Of a stretch of 38,193 bases of DNA, positions 1 to 11,179 are shown piece after piece. Made by a program: the position numbers and the translations under genes. The notes beneath the pieces are model-generated. The model worked only from the letters and a program-made list of their open reading frames with translations, searched no databases and was not told where the DNA came from. How positions within the stretch are numbered: position 1 is the stretch's first letter; each line of letters starts with the position of its first letter. Source of the stretch: Gammaproteobacteria bacterium (GTDB taxonomy: Bacteria; Pseudomonadota; Gammaproteobacteria; GCA-001735895); contig JBNKUM010000102.1 of NCBI GenBank assembly GCA_050298595.1, positions 1 to 38,193 on the forward strand, written 5' to 3'.

Positions 1-2950
1 CGGCTAAAGCAATAAAGCCGATCATTGATGTTGCGGTAAATTCCGCGCCAAATAGCCAATGCCCCGGGATAATACCAACCAGAGTTAAAGGTATAGGAGC
101 CATAATAACTGCTGGCAAACTAAAGTTGCCAAACTCCATCACTACTAGCATATAGATCAGAATAATTGCTGCACCGAACGCCATACCCATATCACGGAAT
201 GTTTCATAGGTAATCTGCCACTCTCCATCCCACTTGATGCTGAACTGATAAGGGTCATCCGGTGGCTGAATAAAATACTGTTGCAACTCGGCATGGTTTT
301 CACCCAACTGTCCCGAGATATCAAACATACCATACAATGGACTATCCAGTTCACCACCCATATCACCGGTTACAAATACCACGGGCAACAGATCTTTGTG
401 ATAGATGACATTCTCTATCCTGGTTTGCTGAATCGAAACCAGTTCGGATAGAGCAATCAGCTGACCGCCCTGAGTACGCAGCTTGATAGACATCGCATCG
501 TATAAATCTTCCTTATTGGCAGAAGGCAACTTAAGGCGTATTGGCGTAGCAAACTTGGTATGACTACCATGGATATAGCCAATATCATCACCTTCCAGGG
601 CTGTTTTCAAAGTAGCCACCAGCGACTGCTGAGAAATACCATATGTCGCTGCCTTTTGACGATCAATATGCAAGATGAAGCGGTCGGCTGAATATTCAAT
701 GCTGTCATCGACATCAACAATCGCATCGGTATTTTCAAATATCGGACGTAGTGATTTAGCCACATCTATCTGCCCCTGATAATCTAGTCCATAGATCTCA
801 GCTACCAACGGCGCCATGACTGGCGGGCCTGGTGGCACCTCGGCCAGTTTAATATTGGCGTTATATTTCTCACCGATACGCTGCAAATCTTCACGCATAG
901 AGCGGGCGATTTCATGACTGCTGCGATCACGTTTGTGCTTATCGATCAGGTTAACCTGAATATCACCGACATTGCCGCCTTCGCGTAAATAGTACTGGCG
1001 TACCAGTCCATTAAAATTGATAGGCGATGCTGTACCTACGTAGGCCTGATAATCAGTTACCTCGGCTACGGTTTCGATATATTCACCGAGGTCATTGATC
1101 ACCTGAGCGGTATTCTCAAGTGCACTGCCTTCGGGCATATCGATAACAATCTGAAATTCAGATTTATTATCAAAGGGCAGCATTTTTAATACCACCAGAT
1201 TGACGACTACCAGTCCTACCGACATGACAATCAGTACTACGACTACCAGATTTAGTAGCACGAAGTTCCTCAGTTGCTTTTTGCCGCGCACGTAGGGAGA
1301 CATCAGGCGCTGGAATAAACGATAGATTCCACTTTCGTGTATATCCACGTGATGATGAGCCTGCATCTCTTTCTCGCGCGAAGCCAGAACCTTATAGCTC
1401 AACCAGGGAGTTACAATAAAGGCGATTAACAGGGATATGATCATCCCCATACTGGCATTGATTGGAATCGGGCTCATATAAGGCCCCATCAATCCGCTCA
1501 CAAATGCCATTGGCAATAACGCAGCAATAACGGTAAAGGTTGCCAGAATTGTTGGCCCACCGACCTCATCAACCGCTCGGGGTATGGACTCAAGCAGGGA
1601 TTTACCACCCATCATCATATGCCGGTGAATATTCTCAACTACCACGATGGCATCATCGACCAGTATGCCGATGGAAAATATCAGAGCAAAAAGCGATACT
1701 CGGTTAAGCGTGAAGCCCCAGGCCCAGGAGGCAAACAGGGTGATGAGCAAGGTGATAGCGATGGCAACACCCACAATAAACGCTTCGCGTAAACCCAGCG
1801 CCACGGCGACCAGAACTATGACCACTCCAGTAGCGAAAACCAGCTTTAAAATCAGGGTATTAGATTTACTATGCGCAGTTTCCCCATAGTTTCGAGTGAT
1901 GGTGTAATGCACGCCTTCGGGGATGAAGGTACCCTTTAGTTGCTCAAGGCGTTCGATCACACTATCAGCTATATCTACCGCATTGGTCGAGGGCTTTTTA
2001 GCGATCGCAATAGTCACTGCGGGCTTGATATCCTCTATAGGTTGTATACCAGCCTCTGATGCGGCTGGCCCAGTACCATACCAGACATAACTATCAGGTT
2101 CAGCAGGTCCATCAACCACTTTTGCAATATCGTTAAGATAAACCGGACGGCCATTATTCATGCCTACTACCAGGTTACCTATTTCATTACTATTGGTTAA
2201 AAACTCCCCGGCCTGAATCGGGATTTCCATATTATCGCGTATCAGTGCGCCTGCAGTCTGTGAGCGATTAGCGCCTTGCAGGGACTGACGGATACCATCA
2301 AGATCCAGATTAAAACCTGATATTTTCTGTGGGTCCAGTAGCACATGAACCACGCGTTGAGCACCACCCAAAGTATAGATGTCTCGTGTACCCGGTACGC
2401 GTTTTATTTCAGCTTCGATAGCATGTGCAACCTTCAAAAGATCATAGGCACCACGGCTATCGTCATCAGCCCATAAAGTGGCCGTCACGATAGGCACATC
2501 ATCGATACCTTTTGGTTTGATGATCGGTTGTCCCACACCGAGATTGGGTGGCAACCAGTCCTGATTAGAAAAAATCTTACTATACAAACGCACAATGGCA
2601 TCGGTACGGTCTTCACCAACCACAAACTGTATGGTTAAAATCGACATACCCTGGCGCGAGATGGAGTATACGTGCTTGATACCTGAGATTTCGGAAAGCA
2701 CCTGCTCCGCTGGAGCACTCACCAATTGTTCAACCTCTGAAACCGATGCGCCAGGAAAAGGAATGAACACATTAGCAAAGGTAACATTGATCTGTGGCTC
2801 TTCTTCCTTCGGCGTCACGATGACGGCAAAGATACCCAGTAAAATACCGACCAGGGCCAGTAGAGGAGTAATCTCGGAAAGCAGGAATTTTTTAGCCAGG
2901 GAACCGGAAAAGCCCAGACGCTCGGTTTTTGAGTTTAAATCTTCTGACAT
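1..2950 (-). CDS. Efflux RND transporter permease (AcrB/AcrD/AcrF family), 3' end beyond the window edge
   Basis: Absent from the ORF track because it is open-ended. Manual reading from ATG at 2950 gives MSEDLNSKTERLGFSGSLAKKFL...TPKEEEPQINVTFANVFIPFPGASVSEVEQLV, and later the TM4 motif GILVDDAIVVVENIHRH. It lies directly downstream of a periplasmic adaptor gene. Confidence 0.93.
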   Translation of the reverse strand, partial: MSEDLNSKTERLGFSGSLAKKFLLSEITPLLALVGILLGIFAVIVTPKEEEPQINVTFANVFIPFPGASVSEVEQLVSAPAEQVLSEISGIKHVYSISRQGMSILTIQFVVGEDRTDAIVRLYSKIFSNQDWLPPNLGVGQPIIKPKGIDDVPIVTATLWADDDSRGAYDLLKVAHAIEAEIKRVPGTRDIYTLGGAQRVVHVLLDPQKISGFNLDLDGIRQSLQGANRSQTAGALIRDNMEIPIQAGEFLTNSNEIGNLVVGMNNGRPVYLNDIAKVVDGPAEPDSYVWYGTGPAASEAGIQPIEDIKPAVTIAIAKKPSTNAVDIADSVIERLEQLKGTFIPEGVHYTITRNYGETAHSKSNTLILKLVFATGVVIVLVAVALGLREAFIVGVAIAITLLITLFASWAWGFTLNRVSLFALIFSIGILVDDAIVVVENIHRHMMMGGKSLLESIPRAVDEVGGPTILATFTVIAALLPMAFVSGLMGPYMSPIPINASMGMIISLLIAFIVTPWLSYKVLASREKEMQAHHHVDIHESGIYRLFQRLMSPYVRGKKQLRNFVLLNLVVVVLIVMSVGLVVVNLVVLKMLPFDNKSEFQIVIDMPEGSALENTAQVINDLGEYIETVAEVTDYQAYVGTASPINFNGLVRQYYLREGGNVGDIQVNLIDKHKRDRSSHEIARSMREDLQRIGEKYNANIKLAEVPPGPPVMAPLVAEIYGLDYQGQIDVAKSLRPIFENTDAIVDVDDSIEYSADRFILHIDRQKAATYGISQQSLVATLKTALEGDDIGYIHGSHTKFATPIRLKLPSANKEDLYDAMSIKLRTQGGQLIALSELVSIQQTRIENVIYHKDLLPVVFVTGDMGGELDSPLYGMFDISGQLGENHAELQQYFIQPPDDPYQFSIKWDGEWQITYETFRDMGMAFGAAIILIYMLVVMEFGNFSLPAVIMAPIPLTLVGIIPGHWLFGAEFTATSMIGFIALA

Positions 2951-2961
2951 GAGTTGAATCT

Positions 2962-4002
2962 CTATTCCGCTTTCTCGGACTTAATCGCAATCGCAGCCGC
3001 AACAGGGTCAAGAACAATCAAATCACCTGCGTTGACACCCGCGACAACAACGACTTCATTATCTTCCAGACGACGCCCCAGGCGTACATGACGAAAGTGC
3101 AGTTTGTTATCCTGTTGCACATAAACACCGGTGACTTCGCCACGAAAAGCAACGGCATTAAAAGGGATGACCGTTTTATTTTCACGCCCGACTTCCAGTG
3201 CAATCTTGACATGCATACCCGGAAACAGCTCATTGCCTGTCAATGGTAATCTCACGCGCAATGCAAAACTATGTGTTAACGGATCAGCAAAAGGGAAGAT
3301 GGTCATATCAGTAGAAACAATTTCACTATCTTCTGTGACTACCATGGCATAGTGACGATCTCGTACTTCCTTGATGATACTTTGTGGCACATTCGTCAAT
3401 ACTCTCAGTTTCTCAAGAGAAACACCCGATACCAACTGCTGGCCAATATTGACAGTTTCACCCGGCTCAATCATACGACTGGTTAGAATGCCGCTGTAAG
3501 GGGCTCTAACCAGGGTGTAATCCAGTTGCTCCTGTGCCTTGGACTTAGCTGCCTGAGAGGACTCCAGGCGAGCTTTTGCGGTTTTTAAGGCTGCACTGGC
3601 GGTATCGAATACGGACTTTGAGACTACGTTCTTCTTATACACTTCACTCACCCGGTTAAATTCCGCTTGAGCTTCCTGCAGTTTAGCTGCCGCTTCTTTT
3701 TCTGCAGCCTGGGCCTGTTTCAGACTCGCCTGCTGTTGCTTATCATCGATTTCCACGACGATTTTATCCTTCGCAACAAAGTCATTTACATCAAAATGAA
3801 TTTTATTAACAATCCCGGAAGTCTGAGCCGATATGGTAGTTTTCAGTTCGGCTTCAATAAGACCTTCCAGCATATAAGTGGTTGAAACCTCTTTTAACTG
3901 AGCAACCTCGGTCTCTAAACTCTGAGCCTGGACGATATTTAGGCCCAAAAGCATAAAAGTCACAGATAACACGCTGCGCTGAAAAAATAACATTGGATAC
4001 AT
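2962..4002 (-). CDS. Efflux RND transporter periplasmic adaptor (MFP)
   Basis: Signal peptide, lipoyl-like halves (ISAQTSGIV / VRAPYSG), alpha-hairpin, LFPGM motif, and a C-terminal GVNAGDLIV membrane-proximal segment. Confidence 0.92.
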   Translation of the reverse strand: MYPMLFFQRSVLSVTFMLLGLNIVQAQSLETEVAQLKEVSTTYMLEGLIEAELKTTISAQTSGIVNKIHFDVNDFVAKDKIVVEIDDKQQQASLKQAQAAEKEAAAKLQEAQAEFNRVSEVYKKNVVSKSVFDTASAALKTAKARLESSQAAKSKAQEQLDYTLVRAPYSGILTSRMIEPGETVNIGQQLVSGVSLEKLRVLTNVPQSIIKEVRDRHYAMVVTEDSEIVSTDMTIFPFADPLTHSFALRVRLPLTGNELFPGMHVKIALEVGRENKTVIPFNAVAFRGEVTGVYVQQDNKLHFRHVRLGRRLEDNEVVVVAGVNAGDLIVLDPVAAAIAIKSEKAE

Positions 4003-4047
4003 TCCTGGAGATTAAAGAGAAGAGTGAGAATATAACTGTATTCAGGT

Positions 4048-4067
4048 ATATCAGCAAATACTTATAT
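4048..4067. promoter_or_regulatory. Imperfect palindrome ATATCAG-N6-CTTATAT, candidate ArsR/BigR-type operator upstream of the RND operon
   Basis: Seen 45 bp upstream of the adaptor start; a perfect version with the same spacing occurs at 28130-28149. The regulator assignment is inference. Confidence 0.35.
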
Positions 4068-4192
4068 TAACGTTTAAAATATTTCGCTCTTTTTTTTAAA
4101 GTTCTTACTGACAGCATCACTGTTGATTCGTAAACTATAATACATCTGTTTTTCAATATATATGGTATCCATATCATCATGAGTATAATTTT

Positions 4193-4633
4193 GTGAAACG
4201 CTTATTAATCCCGCTATTTTTTCTCGCCTGTAATAGTCACGCGGCAGGTATTCAGAAATGGACTGATGAAACTGGACAGGTTCATTATGGCGACAGTCCA
4301 CCAGCCAAGGTTACCCCCGAAACTGTGCGTATATCTCGTCCACCCAGTAATCCAGGTAAGTCCTTACCCCGCTTTTCTGCTGAAAGCAAAGAACAGCAAG
4401 ATCAACAAAAAGGTCAATCCTCACCTCAGCAGACCAAAGCGCCTGCTCCACAGCCCTCTAAAGATCAGGCTGCAGAGTTTTGCGCACAGGCTCAAAAGGA
4501 CCTGGCAACCCTCAATCGCAGTAACCGTATACGCGTTAAATCTGCCGATGGAAGCGTTCGCTTGCTGACTACTGAAGAAATTGATGCGCGCAGAAAGCAG
4601 AGCCAGGCAGATATTGACCAATACTGTAAGTGA
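4193..4633 (+). CDS. DUF4124-domain exported protein
   Basis: Signal peptide followed by IQKWTDETGQVHYGDSPP, typical of DUF4124; C-terminal Cys pair. Confidence 0.85.
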   Translation: MKRLLIPLFFLACNSHAAGIQKWTDETGQVHYGDSPPAKVTPETVRISRPPSNPGKSLPRFSAESKEQQDQQKGQSSPQQTKAPAPQPSKDQAAEFCAQAQKDLATLNRSNRIRVKSADGSVRLLTTEEIDARRKQSQADIDQYCK

Positions 4634-4638
4634 TCAAC

Positions 4639-4977
4639 ATGCCTATTCTCACGATAACCAGCAATCAGATTCTTGATACAGCCTCCAACCAGCTTAATAT
4701 TCTGAGCCAGATTGTCGCCGATGCGCTCGGCAAACCCGAGGCCTATGTGATGATTTCATTGCATCACAACCCTGAAATGCTATTTGCTGGCAACACTGAA
4801 CCACTCGCATTTTGTGAACTGAAAAGCCTGGGGCTGCAGGAATCGCAGACCACTGAGCTATCCCAACGGCTGTGTAAAAGTATAGAAGAGCTATTTTACA
4901 TCTCACCCAAAAGAACCTATATCGAATTTACCGCCCCTCCTCGCAGGATGTGGGGATGGGACAGTAAAACATTTTAA
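4639..4977 (+). CDS. MIF / phenylpyruvate tautomerase family protein
   Basis: ATG at 4639 gives MPILTITSN (catalytic Pro-1 after Met removal); GKPEAYVM, ELKSLG, and C-terminal MWGWDSKTF. Confidence 0.88.
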   Translation: MPILTITSNQILDTASNQLNILSQIVADALGKPEAYVMISLHHNPEMLFAGNTEPLAFCELKSLGLQESQTTELSQRLCKSIEELFYISPKRTYIEFTAPPRRMWGWDSKTF

Positions 4978-5005
4978 TAACAATCCTGAACTCTGAGAAT
5001 TAATT

Positions 5006-6712
5006 ATGAAAACCACCCGTTTTCATCTTTCCACCTTGAAAGAAACCCCCGCCGACGCCGAAGTAATCAGCCACCAGCTGATGCTTCGTGCAGGCCTCAT
5101 CCGTCGCCTGGCATCGGGGCTGTATACCTGGCTACCGCTTGGCTTACGCGTTATCAGAAAGGTAGAAAAAATTGTGCGTGAGGAAATGGACAATGCTGGT
5201 GCTCTGGAATTATTAATGCCAGCAGTCCAGCCCGCAGAACTATGGCAGGAATCTGGACGCTGGGAACAGTATGGCCCTGAGTTATTACGTTTAAATGACA
5301 GGCATCAACGTGAATTCTGTGTTGGACCTACGCATGAAGAGGTTATTACTGACCTGTTCCGTCGTGAAATCAAAAGTTATAAGCAACTACCCATTAATTT
5401 CTACCAGATTCAAACAAAATTTCGTGACGAAATTCGCCCCCGCTTTGGTGTAATGCGTTCACGCGAATTTATCATGAAAGACGCTTACTCTTTTCACATC
5501 GATCAGGATTCATTGCAACAGACTTACGACCTGATGTTTGCTACCTACAGCCGTATTTTTGATCGATTTGGGCTCCAATACCGTCCGGTGAAAGCAGACT
5601 CAGGCTCTATAGGTGGCAGTCAATCGAATGAATTTCATGTGCTCGCCGAGTCGGGCGAAGATGCCATCGCGTTTTCTGACCAAAGTGATTATGCAGCCAA
5701 TGTTGAAATGGCCGAAGCAGTGTGTAATGAAACGCGTGCTGATGCACGCCAGACGATGCAAAAAGTACATACACCTAATATCCACACTATAAATGAAATA
5801 GCGGATTTACTCTCCATTGCGCCCAGCCAGGCTATTAAAACCCTGATTGCGACGGGCGTGGATAATCAGCTGGTAGCTCTGGTATTACGCGGTGATCATG
5901 AATTGAATGCGATAAAGGCAGAAAAGTTGCCAGAAATAGCCAGTCCATTCCAGCTCGCTGATGCTGCTGCGATTAAACAGGTGCTAGGTTGCGATATTGG
6001 CTCCATTGGACCGGTTGCAATGGAAATACCCGTGTATGTTGATCGAAGTGCTGCGGCGCTAAGCGATTTCGTTTGCGGAGCTAATGAAAACGACTATCAC
6101 CTTACGGGGGTGAACTGGGGGCGTGATTTACCCGAACCTGTGGTTGTCGATATCCGTAATGTAATCGAGGGTGACCCTAGCCCAGATGGCCAGGGACATC
6201 TCAAAATTGTACGAGGCATAGAAGTCGGCCACATCTTTCAGCTTGGTGACAAGTATTCAACAGCCCTGAATGCCGCTGTGTTAGATGAAAATGGTAAATC
6301 AGTAATCACCACCATGGGATGCTACGGTATCGGTATCACTCGCGTTGTAGCAGCCGCTATTGAACAGAACCATGATGACTCGGGTATTATCTGGCCCGAC
6401 ACACTGGCTCCATTCCAGCTGGCCATTTGCCCCATCAATTACAATAAATCTGAGCTGGTAAAACAGGCGGCAGATGACTTTTATCAACAGTGCCTGAATC
6501 TGGGAATCGAAGTCATTCTTGACGACCGTGGGCTGCGCCCCGGCGCGATGTTTTCAGACATGGAATTGATCGGCATTCCACATCGAGTCGTATTCAGTGA
6601 GCGTGGTTTGAAGGAGCAACAATGTGAATACAAGGGACGCTGCGATCAAGAGTCACAGGACCTGTCAACCGAAAGTCTGATTGACTTTATTACTCAGAAA
6701 ATCAAGCACTAA
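5006..6712 (+). CDS. proS: Proline--tRNA ligase
   Basis: [50 protein letters not shown]; 568 aa with the editing insertion. Confidence 0.99.
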   Translation: MKTTRFHLSTLKETPADAEVISHQLMLRAGLIRRLASGLYTWLPLGLRVIRKVEKIVREEMDNAGALELLMPAVQPAELWQESGRWEQYGPELLRLNDRHQREFCVGPTHEEVITDLFRREIKSYKQLPINFYQIQTKFRDEIRPRFGVMRSREFIMKDAYSFHIDQDSLQQTYDLMFATYSRIFDRFGLQYRPVKADSGSIGGSQSNEFHVLAESGEDAIAFSDQSDYAANVEMAEAVCNETRADARQTMQKVHTPNIHTINEIADLLSIAPSQAIKTLIATGVDNQLVALVLRGDHELNAIKAEKLPEIASPFQLADAAAIKQVLGCDIGSIGPVAMEIPVYVDRSAAALSDFVCGANENDYHLTGVNWGRDLPEPVVVDIRNVIEGDPSPDGQGHLKIVRGIEVGHIFQLGDKYSTALNAAVLDENGKSVITTMGCYGIGITRVVAAAIEQNHDDSGIIWPDTLAPFQLAICPINYNKSELVKQAADDFYQQCLNLGIEVILDDRGLRPGAMFSDMELIGIPHRVVFSERGLKEQQCEYKGRCDQESQDLSTESLIDFITQKIKH

Positions 6713-7300
6713 ATGAATTCACTCCACAGGACACATCGCCTCAGTGTCATACTGGCTTTGTGCCTGTGGATAATCATTCCCTCTGCGATTGCGGCCACTG
6801 AAGCAGTCGATCCACGCCTGAAACAGTTGCTAGAACAGGCGATCAATAGTCCGAATGGATTTGAAGACCGTTTCGATGCCCAGGTCTGGATGAACGATAT
6901 GAGCCATCGTTTAAGCAGGTTTATTGAAGACCCCGAGGAACGTATCAGTATACTGAAAACGCTGCATTACGAAGCCAAACGAGCAAACCTGGAACCTGAA
7001 CTGGTGCTCGCTGTGGTGGAAGTGGAGAGCCGCTTTGATAGATTTGCGATTTCGCTTTCCGGCGCACGCGGACTGATGCAGGTAATGCCCTTCTGGCTGG
7101 ACGAGATAAATCTCTCCGACAAAAATCTATTTAAGATAAGAACCAACCTACGTATGGGCTGCACTATTTTGCGTTACTATCTGGACATGGAATCCGGTGA
7201 TCTTGGTCCGGCTCTAGCCCGTTATAACGGTAGCTACGGTAAAACCCGATACCCGGAAAAGGTGATTCAGGCGTTACACAATCACTGGTTTAAACAGTAA
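6713..7300 (+). CDS. SLT-domain lytic transglycosylase
   Basis: Signal peptide; VEVESRFD (catalytic Glu), GARGLMQVMP, ALARYNG. Starts immediately after the proS stop. Confidence 0.92.
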   Translation: MNSLHRTHRLSVILALCLWIIIPSAIAATEAVDPRLKQLLEQAINSPNGFEDRFDAQVWMNDMSHRLSRFIEDPEERISILKTLHYEAKRANLEPELVLAVVEVESRFDRFAISLSGARGLMQVMPFWLDEINLSDKNLFKIRTNLRMGCTILRYYLDMESGDLGPALARYNGSYGKTRYPEKVIQALHNHWFKQ

Positions 7301-9079
7301 CTAACCATCGTAACGTGGGGGAGCGACCTTAAGCACCTCTGAAACCGTAGTGAATCCACGCGCTACCTTTTGTGCTCCCGCCAGATTGAGGGGGCGCATC
7401 CCCTGTTTGATGGCAAGCCTGCGAAATTTGGCCAGGTCAAAATCTTTAGTAATATGTTGTTTCAAGGTCTCGTTTAACGGCATCATCTCATAGATACCTT
7501 TTCGACCCATATAACCGGTTTGGCGACACTCCAGGCAACCCTCTGCCTGAAAAGTTCTGGTGGGAGGTTCGGTAGTCCAGGGCTTGATCAGAGAACGCCA
7601 TTGATCGATATCGAGTTCGGCCACCTGTTTACAATGTGGGCACAGGGTCCGTACCAGACGTTGAGCAACAACACCTAGCAAAGTAGCACTGATCAGATAA
7701 GGCGGCACACCAATTTCCATCAGTCGAGCCACCGCTGAAGGGGCATCATTGGTATGTAGCGTGGATAGCACCAAATGTCCTGTCAGTGCAGCCTGTACCG
7801 CCATTTCAGCGGTTTCACGATCACGAATTTCACCAATCATGATGATATCGGGATCCTGCCGAAGCAGGGTTTTTACACCGCTGGCAAAATCTAGACCGAT
7901 ATTATGCTGAACCTGCATTTGATTAAGCTTGGGTTCGACCTGCTCAATGGGATCTTCGATAGTACAGACATTCACTTCTGGAACTGCCAGCTGTTTCAGA
8001 CTGGTATACAAAGTAGTCGTTTTACCCGAACCGGTCGGTCCGGTAACCAGTATGATGCCATAGGGCTGACGAATCATTGAATTCCAGATATCGGATTCAT
8101 TTTTTTCAAAACCCAGATCGGCAAAATCTCGTACCAGCACCTCGGGATCAAATATTCGTAATACCAGCTTTTCACCAAAAGCGGTGGGCATGCTGGATAA
8201 TCGCATTTCAACTTCCTGCCCTTCTGGCGTCAGCGTTTTTATACGACCATCCTGGGGTTTACGTTTTTCTGCCACATCCAGCCTTCCCATAATCTTGATG
8301 CGACTGGTAACGGCTGCGGTAATATTGGCGGGAATTTCGTAGACCTGATGCATCACCCCATCAATGCGAAAACGTACATTACCCTGATCCCGGCGCGGTT
8401 CAATATGGATATCACTGGCTCTTTGCGAGAAAGCGTATTGCATTAGCCAGTCTACAATACTGACGATATGTTGATCATCAGCATCTACCGAGCCTGTTTT
8501 ACCCAGTTTGATTAACTGCTCAATATTCTGGATATTGCCAACCTGTTCGACCTGGTTGGAGCCGGCATGATCCATAGCCCGACTGATACTATAAAATTCC
8601 AGGGCGTAAGAACGTAGCTCCTGCGGGTTTGCCAGAACCAGCTCTATAGGCTGTTTCACGATACGCCGAATTTCTTCCAGCCACTCATGATCATAGGGAT
8701 CAGAAACCGCAATCACCACTTCGCCTGTAGTCACCCTGACCGGCAAAATATGAAACCTTGCGGCATAAGCATAGGACATCAAACTGGTACAGGCACCCAC
8801 ATCCATTTTTAAGGGGTCAAAATGAAATCGAGTAAAGCCCGATTCCTGAGCCAACCAGTCAGTTAAATAATCCAGTGTTATCAATTGTTCGGGCCTGGAT
8901 TGATTCACCCATTGTCGGCTAGCGATAATCTCCAGTGCATGCAGATTATTACGGTCTTTCTGTGATACCAGCGACGAAACCATTTGGGCTTTTTCAGGGT
9001 CAACTATGCCCTGCTCAACTAATCGGTCGAGAACATCTTCCAGTCTGCAGGTTTTCTTCGCGCTTTGCATTTTTAGCAT
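7301..9079 (-). CDS. GspE/PulE/PilB-family secretion ATPase
   Basis: ASDIHIEP, Walker A GPTGSGKTT, Asp box TIEDPIE, Walker B DPDIIMIGEIRD, His box GHLVLSTLHTN, and the tetra-Cys CPHC...CLEC motif. Confidence 0.96.
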   Translation of the reverse strand: MLKMQSAKKTCRLEDVLDRLVEQGIVDPEKAQMVSSLVSQKDRNNLHALEIIASRQWVNQSRPEQLITLDYLTDWLAQESGFTRFHFDPLKMDVGACTSLMSYAYAARFHILPVRVTTGEVVIAVSDPYDHEWLEEIRRIVKQPIELVLANPQELRSYALEFYSISRAMDHAGSNQVEQVGNIQNIEQLIKLGKTGSVDADDQHIVSIVDWLMQYAFSQRASDIHIEPRRDQGNVRFRIDGVMHQVYEIPANITAAVTSRIKIMGRLDVAEKRKPQDGRIKTLTPEGQEVEMRLSSMPTAFGEKLVLRIFDPEVLVRDFADLGFEKNESDIWNSMIRQPYGIILVTGPTGSGKTTTLYTSLKQLAVPEVNVCTIEDPIEQVEPKLNQMQVQHNIGLDFASGVKTLLRQDPDIIMIGEIRDRETAEMAVQAALTGHLVLSTLHTNDAPSAVARLMEIGVPPYLISATLLGVVAQRLVRTLCPHCKQVAELDIDQWRSLIKPWTTEPPTRTFQAEGCLECRQTGYMGRKGIYEMMPLNETLKQHITKDFDLAKFRRLAIKQGMRPLNLAGAQKVARGFTTVSEVLKVAPPRYDG

Positions 9080-9852
9080 TAATCCTTGATTTCAATTGAG
9101 ACGGTCATTTCTGCAGGTATCAAATCTTCAGTTGAAAAAACAATGCGAATCTCATAGGCAGGCAAGCCACCGGACAGTTGAACTCGTTGAAAACCCAACT
9201 TACTAACCCTGCCCTGATAAACCTTATCACGGTAAGTGACCGTCGCTTTTTTATCCAACAGGTCGGCATTCCACTGATCAGAGTTCAATACGGCTACTGC
9301 ATTCATACTATTCGCTGAGACTAGCGTAATTAGAGCAGAAGAATCAACCGAGGGATCGACATATTGACCTTTAACCGTTGTCACATCAATGACTCTCGCA
9401 GTCATTGGTGATTTAACCTGTGTCAGTTGTAATTGATAGCGCGAAAAACTGATATCTGCCTGCGCAGCCTTATAGGCACCATCAGCAGCCGCAACCTTAT
9501 TCTGGGCATTTGTTAAGTCTACTTGCGACAGGGAATCTCGATCAAATAATTCCTGAGCTCTATCCAGTTCGAGCTGAGCAGTATTCAGCGCAGGCTGTAG
9601 TGAACTCGCAACCGCCCTTGCTCGTTCATACTGCGCTTGATAGGGGGTAGCATCCAGTTTAAACAATACATCACCCCGCCTGATTTTCTGTCCACTTTTT
9701 ACATCTACAGCCTGGATTATACCAGCAGATCGAGCATTGATTTTAACCACTGACGAAAACTCAGTGAAACCACTCAGGCTCAGAGCCTGGGCGCTAGCTA
9801 AGTGAAGCACAGTAGCGCAGAAGAATGTTATTTTTAGAATTGGCTTAACCAT
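9079..9852 (-). CDS. Short periplasmic adaptor (MFP/HlyD-like) protein
   Basis: Lipoyl-like halves (ARSAGII...GDVLFKLD / VKSPMTARV), hairpin and beta-barrel. Only 257 aa, with a cleavable-looking signal (ASAQA). Confidence 0.85.
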   Translation of the reverse strand: MVKPILKITFFCATVLHLASAQALSLSGFTEFSSVVKINARSAGIIQAVDVKSGQKIRRGDVLFKLDATPYQAQYERARAVASSLQPALNTAQLELDRAQELFDRDSLSQVDLTNAQNKVAAADGAYKAAQADISFSRYQLQLTQVKSPMTARVIDVTTVKGQYVDPSVDSSALITLVSANSMNAVAVLNSDQWNADLLDKKATVTYRDKVYQGRVSKLGFQRVQLSGGLPAYEIRIVFSTEDLIPAEMTVSIEIKD

Positions 9853-11179
9853 TATTTACCTCGGCACCTTGCCTGACTTTCATTGTTTCCAGAAACTCTT
9901 TACCCACTAACTTTTCCAGCTTACGCCAGGCCATCTCCAAAGCAAATCGAGCCTGATATCCCTTCATTCGACTGGTAGAGAATTGCACCATGGCATCACC
10001 GAGATTGGTTTTAAATTCAAGTTCATATTCAGCACGACTTTTATCCAGATACATATCACGGTAATCCTGATTAACGATTTCACCGGCAAGTCGTATACTG
10101 CTCTGTTTAATTTCCTGCCATAATTTCAACACCCTGATACGAATTTCAGATCGAGCCTTCTGTAATTCCGCCAATGCCAGACGATGCTGTGAGTTAGAGA
10201 TGTTGACTAAAGACTGTTCACGGTTTCCAGAATACAGGGGGACCTCAAAATAAATACTGGCTCGCCAGTCATCGCGTGTTGAACCTTCACGAGCATAGTC
10301 TGAGACTTCAAGTTCGGCATCCAGACGTGGCCCTATAGTATCAGCAGCAGTATTCATTTTCTGTATCGCTATCGCTAATTCCTTATAGCGTATTTTCATC
10401 AATAAACTATGTTTGAATGCCTGCTCAACCATGGCTTCAACATCATCAATAATCTCTGTTGATGAGTTAAGATCAGGTACAGACAACTCACTCGGGGGCT
10501 GACCCGGAAAGCCCAGTTCTTCAGCAAGCATAACGCGAGTCAGGCGTTGCATGTTTTCACTCTGGTAAAGGTTCTGGCGAATAACTTCATAATCTGACTG
10601 CTGTTGAAGCACCTCTAACTCAGAGACTAAACCCAGCTCCTGACGTTCTCGTGCCTTGTCATAACGAATAAAGCCAATTGCCATATTTTCATTGTGACGC
10701 AAAAAATCATTATCCGAATTTAAGACATCAAAGTATTTTTGCGTAATGGATAATTCCCGTTGTTCAACTAGATAATCTCTTTCCAGCTGCTTCAGCTCAA
10801 CCTTTAATTGTGCCAGTTGATCAGCCCCGGAACTTTTGCCGAAGTCGTATAACGGCTTCCTGACATACAGGCTCACCTTACTGTCATTATCTTTATCAGG
10901 ATCACCCAGCTCGGAAACACCAACTTTACGTAGGTGCCCGGAAAGACTAACAGTTAGGTCATTCGCAGCATCCGTCTGTCCTGCTTCACCCAGAGCCGTA
11001 TTAAGACTTTCCTCAGCTAGCTGCAACTGATACTGATCGGTTTTATCTGCATATCTCAAAGCATCCTTAAGCGTTAAGGGCTGTGGTAGAGACTCGGTTG
11101 CAAACACATAAACAGGTTGCAGCGTAGTGACCAGTAGCAGCAACCATAGCCTGACAGGCAGCAGTTTTATGGTATTCAT
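9845..11179 (-). CDS. TolC-family outer membrane channel
   Basis: PLTLKDALRYA start, KPLYDFG and EVPLYSG strand ends, duplicated OEP architecture, 444 aa. Confidence 0.9.
   Translation of the reverse strand: MNTIKLLPVRLWLLLLVTTLQPVYVFATESLPQPLTLKDALRYADKTDQYQLQLAEESLNTALGEAGQTDAANDLTVSLSGHLRKVGVSELGDPDKDNDSKVSLYVRKPLYDFGKSSGADQLAQLKVELKQLERDYLVEQRELSITQKYFDVLNSDNDFLRHNENMAIGFIRYDKARERQELGLVSELEVLQQQSDYEVIRQNLYQSENMQRLTRVMLAEELGFPGQPPSELSVPDLNSSTEIIDDVEAMVEQAFKHSLLMKIRYKELAIAIQKMNTAADTIGPRLDAELEVSDYAREGSTRDDWRASIYFEVPLYSGNREQSLVNISNSQHRLALAELQKARSEIRIRVLKLWQEIKQSSIRLAGEIVNQDYRDMYLDKSRAEYELEFKTNLGDAMVQFSTSRMKGYQARFALEMAWRKLEKLVGKEFLETMKVRQGAEVNNG

Noticed and set aside
157-2957. Short ORFs 157-366, 1647-1889 and 2595-2957 in the track
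   Set aside because: They are shadows of the long minus-strand RND permease frame, which the track missed because it runs off the window.
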